From NCBI RefSeq assembly GCF_021054785.1, contig NZ_CP088239.1:1500001-1532000 (forward strand): 32,000 bases of DNA, given 5' to 3'. Of this stretch, positions 25,611 through 32,000 are shown piece by piece. The position numbers were made by a program, and so were the translations under genes. This stretch comes from Tannockella kyphosi (GTDB lineage Bacteria > Bacillota_I > Bacilli_A > Erysipelotrichales > Coprobacillaceae). Below the pieces are notes generated by a model. That model did no database searches, was not told the origin of the DNA, and saw only the letters and a program-made list of their open reading frames with translations. Position 1 is the first letter of the stretch. Each line of letters starts with the position of its first letter.

Positions 25611-26588
25611 TTATAATACTCCTAAAACCATTCCTATTAATGCACATATAAATCCCATAAACCAAAAAGAGATAACAACTTGTGGTTCATTCCATCCTAA
25701 CATCTCAAAATGATGATGAATTGGAGCCATTTTAAAAACTCTTTTTCCTCTTGTTTTAAAAGAAACAACTTGAATAATAACTGATAATGTTTCCATTACA
25801 AAAACCCCACCAATTAAAACAAGTAAAATTTCTTGATTCGTAAGAATAGCTAAAGCACTTAATAATCCACCTAAACTAAGAGACCCTACATCTCCCATAA
25901 ATATTTTAGCAGGATTATAATTAAACATCATAAATCCAAGCAATGATCCAACCATACACATTGCAAAACTAGCAACCGTAAATTCTTTCATCATAATCGC
26001 AAAGATAATAAATGGTGAAATAGCCATCATACATAACCCTGTAGCTAAACCATCTAATCCATCCGATAAATTCACTCCATTACTTGTTGCAGTAAACATA
26101 AAATAAACTAAGACCGGATAAGCATATCCTAAATCTACATTAATATGGAAAAATGGAATCGAAATAATAGTATCAAATCCTGGTACATATTCTTTTGCTA
26201 GAAAATAAAAAGCAATAGCAATAAGTGATTGTAAAGCATATTTCATTTTAGCTGACAATCCATCATTTTTCTTTTTAACTACAATTAAAGCATCATCTAA
26301 TAAACCAATTAAACCAAATCCTAATGTAACAAAACATAATAATAAAAGAATAGGATTCGTAATATCTTTATAATTTAAAATACATGCTACTAATAAAGTA
26401 CTCAAAATAAATACACTACCACCCATTGTTGGTGTTCCGCCTTTTGCTTTATGAGACTCCATTCCTTCTTCTCTTTGTACTTGTCCAAATTTCATTTTAT
26501 GTAGAAAAGGTATTACCTTTGGCATTGCTACTAAAACAACTAAGAAACTAATAATAAAAGAAGCTAATAAATTTATAAAATATTCCAT
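25611..26588 (-). CDS. mraY: Phospho-N-acetylmuramoyl-pentapeptide transferase
   Basis: Motifs K.GTPTMGG, NLSDGLDGLA, GD.GS...G and APIHHHFE. Confidence 0.95.
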   Translation of the reverse strand: MEYFINLLASFIISFLVVLVAMPKVIPFLHKMKFGQVQREEGMESHKAKGGTPTMGGSVFILSTLLVACILNYKDITNPILLLLCFVTLGFGLIGLLDDALIVVKKKNDGLSAKMKYALQSLIAIAFYFLAKEYVPGFDTIISIPFFHINVDLGYAYPVLVYFMFTATSNGVNLSDGLDGLATGLCMMAISPFIIFAIMMKEFTVASFAMCMVGSLLGFMMFNYNPAKIFMGDVGSLSLGGLLSALAILTNQEILLVLIGGVFVMETLSVIIQVVSFKTRGKRVFKMAPIHHHFEMLGWNEPQVVISFWFMGFICALIGMVLGVL

Positions 26589-26715
26589 CTTAATACTCCT
26601 TTGAGATATATTTTTAACATTAATATATTACCATTAACCACCTTTTTATGCAAAACAAAAATTTCTTCTCTTTTCCTACAAATTGATGTATTGTTAAAGT
26701 AAGAGAGGTACTAAA

Positions 26716-28191
26716 ATGGAAAAGTATATCATGTCTATTGATCAAGGTACGACTAGTAGTAGAGCTATTTTATTTGATAAAAAAGGAAATGTCTTTGGAC
26801 TGGCACAAAAACCAATTCAAAACTTGTATCCTCATCCTGGTTGGGTAGAACAGGATGCCAATGAAATATGGGCAAGTGTGGTAGGAGTAATCTTCGAAGT
26901 ACTTGCTAAAACAGGAGTAACAGCAAATCAAATAGCAGCTATTGGAATTACAAATCAAAGAGAAACAACGGTTTGTTTTAATAAAAAAACAGGCCAACCT
27001 ATTTATAATGCTATTGTATGGCAATCACGTCAAACCGTTGATTTATGTCAAGAAAGAATGCATTTAGAACAAAAGATAAAAGCAAAAACAGGTTTATTAT
27101 TAGATCCTTACTTTAGTGCTAGTAAGATCCGTTTTATTTTAGATAAAACAAAGATGCAAGAACAAGCAAATCAAGGAGATATTTTATTTGGGACAATTGA
27201 TAGTTGGTTAGTTTATAAATTAACGGAAGGTAAAAAACATATTACAGATGTATCAAACGCTTCTAGAACTTTATTAATGAATTTAGAAACATTAGATTAT
27301 GATGAAGAATTATTATCTTATTGGGATATTCCTAGATGTATGCTTCCAGATATCAAAGATACGAGTGGAGTTTTAGGTTATTGCAATGAAATATTTCAAA
27401 CAGAAATTCCTATTTGTAGTATGGTTGGAGATCAACAAGCAGCATTATTTGGACAAACATGTTTTGAAGCAGGGGAAATGAAGAACACGTATGGTACTGG
27501 TTGCTTTTTACTAATGAACACAAAAGAAAAACTAATATTATCTAAAAATGGACTAGTTACTTGTGTTGGTTGGCGTATTGGCAAGGAAGTATCTTATGTT
27601 CTAGAAGGAAGTGTTTTTGTAGCTGGTGCAGCCATTCAATGGCTTCGTGATGGTTTGAAAATCATCCATGATTCTCCTGAAAGTGAAACAATTGCTAGAA
27701 ACTGTAATAATGATCAAGATATTTATGTTGTTCCTGCCTTTACAGGTTTAGGAGCACCTTATTGGAAACCTAATGTAAAAGGAGCTATTTTTGGATTAAC
27801 TCGTAATACTACCAAAGAACATATTATCAAAGCTACTTTAGAATCACTAGCCTATCAAACTGGTGATGTAATTGAAGCAATGGCTCAGGATGCTAAATTA
27901 GAGTTAAAAGGATTACAAGTAGATGGAGGAGCATCAAAGAATAAATATCTTTTACAATTCCAAAGTGATATTTTAAATATTCCTGTTCATTCTAGAGATC
28001 TGCCAGAAGCAACTGCACTAGGTGCTGCTTATTTAGCAGGATTAGCGATTGGTTTTTGGCATGATAAAGAAGAATTATTGACTTTAAGTAATAAAATAAC
28101 TACTTTCTATCCATCAATGGAAAGTGATGTTCGTCAATACAAATTAAAAAAATGGAAAACTGCTATTAATGCTACTATTGTTTTCCAATAA
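26716..28191 (+). CDS. glpK: Glycerol kinase
   Basis: FGGY kinase with IDQGTTSSRAILFD, GITNQRETT..W and GGASKN motifs. Confidence 0.95.
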   Translation: MEKYIMSIDQGTTSSRAILFDKKGNVFGLAQKPIQNLYPHPGWVEQDANEIWASVVGVIFEVLAKTGVTANQIAAIGITNQRETTVCFNKKTGQPIYNAIVWQSRQTVDLCQERMHLEQKIKAKTGLLLDPYFSASKIRFILDKTKMQEQANQGDILFGTIDSWLVYKLTEGKKHITDVSNASRTLLMNLETLDYDEELLSYWDIPRCMLPDIKDTSGVLGYCNEIFQTEIPICSMVGDQQAALFGQTCFEAGEMKNTYGTGCFLLMNTKEKLILSKNGLVTCVGWRIGKEVSYVLEGSVFVAGAAIQWLRDGLKIIHDSPESETIARNCNNDQDIYVVPAFTGLGAPYWKPNVKGAIFGLTRNTTKEHIIKATLESLAYQTGDVIEAMAQDAKLELKGLQVDGGASKNKYLLQFQSDILNIPVHSRDLPEATALGAAYLAGLAIGFWHDKEELLTLSNKITTFYPSMESDVRQYKLKKWKTAINATIVFQ

Positions 28192-28212
28192 AAAAGAAGC
28201 TAACGCTTCTTT

Positions 28213-28965
28213 TTAGTTTATATAATAATGTTGATAATATTGTATTCTAAGAACATCAAAGAAATTCATTAAATGATAATTAAACTCTACCCCATCATAT
28301 CTTCCTGAGACACATATGGTATGGGTTGTATTTTTAAATTCTTCTAACATATACATTTTATTTTGAGTAACTAAAATAGATGTTATTTGTTTTAAAGATA
28401 CTTCATTTTGAGCTTTTAAACATTCTGCCATGGAACGTCCAGTTGCGGATACAAAAATAACAACATCATCTTTATGTAAAACCATATCAGGATCATAATC
28501 ATTATAATTTAATACAATTTTACCACAAGTAATTAAATCAGTTTGTAATTCAACACCAATACTCATTGGATACATTGCTCCAATTAAGATAATTCTTTTA
28601 GAATGATAAATAGCAGTATATATTTGTTCTAATTCCTCTTCTAGATTTTCATTTTGACAATTTTGTACTAATCGTTCTACCATGATTGGACAACGCATAT
28701 CAAACAAACGAGTACGAATTTGATTCACACGCAATAAATAACTATCAATTAGTTCTTTTTGAAAACCAGAAAAATTATCTACTCCCAGTAACTTACAAAA
28801 TTGATCAATACTTTCTTCTTTGATACCACTATCTATCATATTTTGTTTTGTTATATCTTCGCACATTGGAAAATGATAAACAATATAAATACAAAAACGA
28901 TAATAATCATCATAAATTAGTGTCCCATTTAAATAAGCTAAAATTCTACTAATAAGCAAATTCAT
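28213..28965 (-). CDS. MurR/RpiR-family regulator-like protein (HTH + SIS)
   Basis: The N-terminal segment ...IDQFCKLLGVDNFSGFQKEL resembles the RpiR HTH_6 motif. The C-terminal half has SIS-like RIILIGA...DVVIFVSATGRS. Confidence 0.55.
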   Translation of the reverse strand: MNLLISRILAYLNGTLIYDDYYRFCIYIVYHFPMCEDITKQNMIDSGIKEESIDQFCKLLGVDNFSGFQKELIDSYLLRVNQIRTRLFDMRCPIMVERLVQNCQNENLEEELEQIYTAIYHSKRIILIGAMYPMSIGVELQTDLITCGKIVLNYNDYDPDMVLHKDDVVIFVSATGRSMAECLKAQNEVSLKQITSILVTQNKMYMLEEFKNTTHTICVSGRYDGVEFNYHLMNFFDVLRIQYYQHYYIN

Positions 28966-29716
28966 TATCCTCTTCCTCCTGATCTGGTGCTTCTTGTTTT
29001 GTTACCACAAAAACTTCCATCGTATTTAAACACAAACAATTTAACTGTCCTTCATTCAAATTACCTAAACCACCATCAATACCAATCTTGTCATGAAAAA
29101 CAGGATCATACCAAATATCATTTCTCTTTTCATGATATAAATAATGTGTTGGAGTATGTCCAAAAATAATAGTTTTCCCTTCAATCCCCTTTGATAAGAA
29201 AAACCATTCCCTAATCCATGCACACTCATCTTCTTCTTGATCATATAGACTCTTTTCAGGATTAATACCTGCATGAATTAAAACAAAGTCTCTACCATTA
29301 ACAGACACTTCCACATAATTAGGACAACTATCCACAAACTTAATCATCATTGCATAAAATGCAGCTCGTAGTACTTTATAATTATATTCATCAAAAGCAT
29401 TTTTATGTAAATAACGATGATAACTACGATATGTTTTTAATCCCCCATTTTGGGCCCATAAACGACTAATACTAGCATGAACATCCTCTGCTTTAAATGT
29501 ATCTCTCATCATTATTTCATGATTCCCTTTAATTAAAATAATATTAGAATGTTGTTGTATGTAAAAATAGATTTCTAAACTTTTCGGTCCTCGATCACAA
29601 CAATCTCCTAAAATATAAAGTGTATCACTTGAACTAAATTCTATTTTTTTCAACATTTCCTTTAATATTTGAAAGCTCCCATGAAGATCAGACAATACAT
29701 ATATTTGATTTGCCAT
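28949..29716 (-). CDS. Metallophosphoesterase (PPP-type Ser/Thr phosphatase / ApaH-like)
   Basis: Motifs DLHG, GDCCDRG and GNHE in the canonical order. Confidence 0.8.
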   Translation of the reverse strand: MANQIYVLSDLHGSFQILKEMLKKIEFSSSDTLYILGDCCDRGPKSLEIYFYIQQHSNIILIKGNHEIMMRDTFKAEDVHASISRLWAQNGGLKTYRSYHRYLHKNAFDEYNYKVLRAAFYAMMIKFVDSCPNYVEVSVNGRDFVLIHAGINPEKSLYDQEEDECAWIREWFFLSKGIEGKTIIFGHTPTHYLYHEKRNDIWYDPVFHDKIGIDGGLGNLNEGQLNCLCLNTMEVFVVTKQEAPDQEEEDNEFAY

Positions 29717-29762
29717 AATATCACCTTCCTTACTCCATTATACACCAAAACTAAAAAAGACA

Positions 29763-30479
29763 CTACTCGTGTCTTAATTTTAATGCTATATCAGGGTAAT
29801 TTGTGAAAATTCCATCAACCCCTAATTCCATCATTTGTTTCATCATCATTTTTTCATTGACTGTCCATACATTTACTTTTAAATGATGATAATGACAATC
29901 CGTTACATAGTTATCAATTTGTAAATTACAAAATTGAGGATGAATTGCATATGTTGGATAAGAACTTACATAACGATAAGCTTCATGTAAAATACCATCA
30001 TATAAGAAAGCTATTTTATTATTAGAATCAATTTCTTTCATTTTCATCATTGAATAATGATTAAATGATGAATAATATACTTGCTTTTCTAATTGATATT
30101 CTTTTATTAAATCATATACTATTTGTTCAATCCCAGGATAAAAGATATGATCTGTTTTGATTTCTAATTGCAATTCAAGATTAGTTCCTTGTATCAATTG
30201 TAATAATTGTTCTAACGTTGGAATTCTAGCTTCAAATCCATCCATCTTATTATTTGCATAAAAAGAACATAACTCATGATATGTATAATCTTTAATAAAT
30301 CCTTTTCCATTACAAGTACGATCAATTGTTTCATCATGTATTAATACAGCAATATTATCTTTTGTAAGATGAACATCTGTTTCTATCCCATCTACTTGCA
30401 TTTCAATAGCTAGTTTAAAAGCATCTAGCGTATTTTCAGGAGCATAGCCACTAGCTCCTCTATGAGCATATACTAACAT
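29763..30479 (-). CDS. Glycerophosphodiester phosphodiesterase
   Basis: HRGASGYAPENTL..F..A......IETDV.LTKD signature of the GDPD family. Confidence 0.9.
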   Translation of the reverse strand: MLVYAHRGASGYAPENTLDAFKLAIEMQVDGIETDVHLTKDNIAVLIHDETIDRTCNGKGFIKDYTYHELCSFYANNKMDGFEARIPTLEQLLQLIQGTNLELQLEIKTDHIFYPGIEQIVYDLIKEYQLEKQVYYSSFNHYSMMKMKEIDSNNKIAFLYDGILHEAYRYVSSYPTYAIHPQFCNLQIDNYVTDCHYHHLKVNVWTVNEKMMMKQMMELGVDGIFTNYPDIALKLRHE

Positions 30480-30480
30480 A

Positions 30481-31302
30481 TTACAAGAAGAAATATCCTA
30501 AAACCATAAGTCCTAATACAATACGATACCACCCAAAAACAGTAAAATCATTCTTCTTAATATATTGCATTAAAAACTTAATTGCTACAATCGAAACAAC
30601 AAAAGCTACAACCATCCCTAATACTAAAGTCATGATTTCTGCACTTGTAAATACGAACCCAAACTTTAACATCTTTAATAAGCTAGCTCCAAACATAACG
30701 GGTATTGCTAGAAAGAAAGTGAACTCTGCTGCAACTGTTCTACTCATTCCTATTAAGATCCCACCTAATATCGTAGCTCCAGATCTAGAAGTACCTGGAA
30801 TTAACGCTAATAATTGGAATATTCCAATAAAGAAAGCTAATTTATAAGTAACATCTTTTAATTCTGTTACTTGTGGTTGTTTGTTTTTATTTCTTTTTTC
30901 AACAATAATAAATAAAATACCATAAATAATTAATGTACAAGCAACTGTAAATGGATTATAAAACATAGCATCAATAATATCATCAAATAAAATACCTATA
31001 ATAGCAGCAGGAACACAAGCTACTATAATCTTAAACCATAATGACATTGTGTCATAATCTATTAATATCTTTCCATGATTTTTCTTTAAAGGTAATAATT
31101 TCCAAAAGTATATTACTACAACAGCCATAATAGCTCCTAATTGAATCACTACTAAAAAGAACTCCATAAATGCATCACTAACATTTAATTTAATAAACTC
31201 ATCTACTAAAATCATATGTCCTGTACTACTAATTGGTAACCATTCACTAATACCTTCTACAACACCTAAAAAGATTACTTTTAATATCTCTATCATTTCC
31301 AT
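30481..31302 (-). CDS. uppP: Undecaprenyl-diphosphate phosphatase
   Basis: BacA motifs [14 protein letters not shown] and [10 protein letters not shown] in an eight-TM protein. Confidence 0.95.
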   Translation of the reverse strand: MEMIEILKVIFLGVVEGISEWLPISSTGHMILVDEFIKLNVSDAFMEFFLVVIQLGAIMAVVVIYFWKLLPLKKNHGKILIDYDTMSLWFKIIVACVPAAIIGILFDDIIDAMFYNPFTVACTLIIYGILFIIVEKRNKNKQPQVTELKDVTYKLAFFIGIFQLLALIPGTSRSGATILGGILIGMSRTVAAEFTFFLAIPVMFGASLLKMLKFGFVFTSAEIMTLVLGMVVAFVVSIVAIKFLMQYIKKNDFTVFGWYRIVLGLMVLGYFFL

Positions 31303-31390
31303 TATGATGTCCTCACTTTCACTTTTTCTAGTATATCATAGTCCTTTCAAAAAAAGAACTTTAATATCCATATTTAAAATACTCCTTCCA

Positions 31391-31789
31391 TTATTTTTTC
31401 TTTTCAGGTTTTGACTTAAACTTTTCATGATTCATATACTTGTCATATTCTACGCACAAAGTAGAAGAATGATTCCCTTGATTAACAATGCAACCAAATC
31501 GCATATGACCTACATAACCAAGATAACCTATTTTATAATCTCTATATAAAGACATAATATCATCTGGTCGCCTATCACTTGCAAGTACACCATCTCCATA
31601 GCTAAAACTCTCTTTATCTAATTGCTTAATAAAATGCTCCTTTGTTTCTTTATCCTTCACATGAATATATACACTTCCATATACATCCACCAAGTTTTTA
31701 AGCGTCCTTACTTTAAGTCTTTCCTTTCTTTGTCTTTTTTGATTCTTTTCAAACTCCTTTTTCACTACCTTTTTAATTTCTTTTTTCAT
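31391..31789 (-). CDS. Hypothetical 132-aa protein with lysine-rich termini
   Basis: The ORF is intact and lies directly downstream of the SAM-riboswitch-like leader. I recognise no domain. The best-placed ATG after AGGAGG (8 nt) opens only a 6-codon frame, and the long ORF starts 4 nt later. Confidence 0.5.
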   Translation of the reverse strand: MKKEIKKVVKKEFEKNQKRQRKERLKVRTLKNLVDVYGSVYIHVKDKETKEHFIKQLDKESFSYGDGVLASDRRPDDIMSLYRDYKIGYLGYVGHMRFGCIVNQGNHSSTLCVEYDKYMNHEKFKSKPEKKK

Positions 31790-31820
31790 TCATCTTTTCT
31801 TCCTCCTTCTTGATTAGAGT

Positions 31821-31940
31821 AGAAAAAGAAAATCCCATCGTTACCGACAGGATTATACGTTCATTCATTCCTTAGCACCTTATTAAAAGCAGGTTGCTGT
31901 ACGATCAATGGTCTTGTCCCTCACGTACTCTAGATAGTTT
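31821..31940 (-). promoter_or_regulatory. SAM-I (S-box) riboswitch-like leader with terminator
   Basis: The minus strand reads CUAUCUAGAG-UACGU-GAGGGA-CAAGACC-AUUGA-UCGUACA-GCAACC-U..-AGGUGCUAAGG. This carries the ordered S-box core motifs AGAG, GAGGGA, GA, GCAACC and GGUGCUAA, with P2 (UACG/CGUA) and P3 (ACCU/AGGU) pairing. It is followed by the hairpin AAUCCUGUCG-GUAA-CGAUGGGAUU plus a U-run (31821-31854). I could not draw P1 or P4 cleanly. Confidence 0.5.
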
Positions 31941-32000
31941 ATATTTTAAATTATCATAAAACAGGTTACCCTTCAACATTATTGTTGCATTCATAGAAAT

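Noticed and set aside
26589-26715. Absence of murE/murF/pbp genes upstream of mraY (glpK diverges instead) as an anomaly
   Set aside because: Division of the dcw cluster into sub-clusters is common in Bacillota. Nothing in the intergenic sequence (no repeats or remnants) suggests a recent rearrangement.
26770-30847. ORFs 26770-27024(-), 28987-29169(+), 29065-29274(-), 30632-30847(+) and 31622-31813(+)
   Set aside because: All lie inside and antisense or out of frame to well-supported genes (glpK, the phosphoesterase, uppP and the 132-aa ORF), with no independent support.

Overview
Low-GC Bacillota (Firmicutes) chromosomal segment with an endospore-former gene set. Most of the window is the minus-strand division/cell-wall plus sporulation supercluster: mraY-murD-ftsW(spoVE position), then murG-murB-divIB-ftsA-ftsZ-proC-spoIIGA-sigE-sigG-ylmC-sepF-ylmH-divIVA-ileS, with a T-box leader on ileS. 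The right flank holds glpK, an RpiR-like regulator, a metallophosphoesterase, a glycerophosphodiesterase, uppP and a SAM-I-riboswitch-like leader in front of an unknown small protein. The normally tight ftsW|murG junction is split by about 9.6 kb (13.6-23.2 kb). This insert contains (i) a preQ1-I riboswitch controlling a radical-SAM + YhhQ-type transporter operon, (ii) a beta-carbonic anhydrase, and (iii) two tandem, decayed integrative-element remnants. Counting the functional gene end, the 3' end of ftsW occurs three times: two identical 96-nt copies and one diverged copy. The remnants carry two Phd/ParE-type modules, a serine-recombinase C-terminal remnant and a group II intron RT fragment. 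They also carry four copies of a module absent from the ORF track, in which a ~50-nt RNA converges on an 18-codon hydrophobic ORF across a shared bidirectional terminator (type I toxin-antitoxin-like). In this module the RNA recognition segment co-varies with its own target from copy to copy. The most interesting cargo is a 2.8-kb two-gene operon: a SEC-C-motif protein plus a P-loop kinase-fold protein with a helical C-terminal domain. It is present in one element copy and exactly absent from the colinear copy. No rRNA, tRNA, CRISPR array or intact transposase/integrase was seen.
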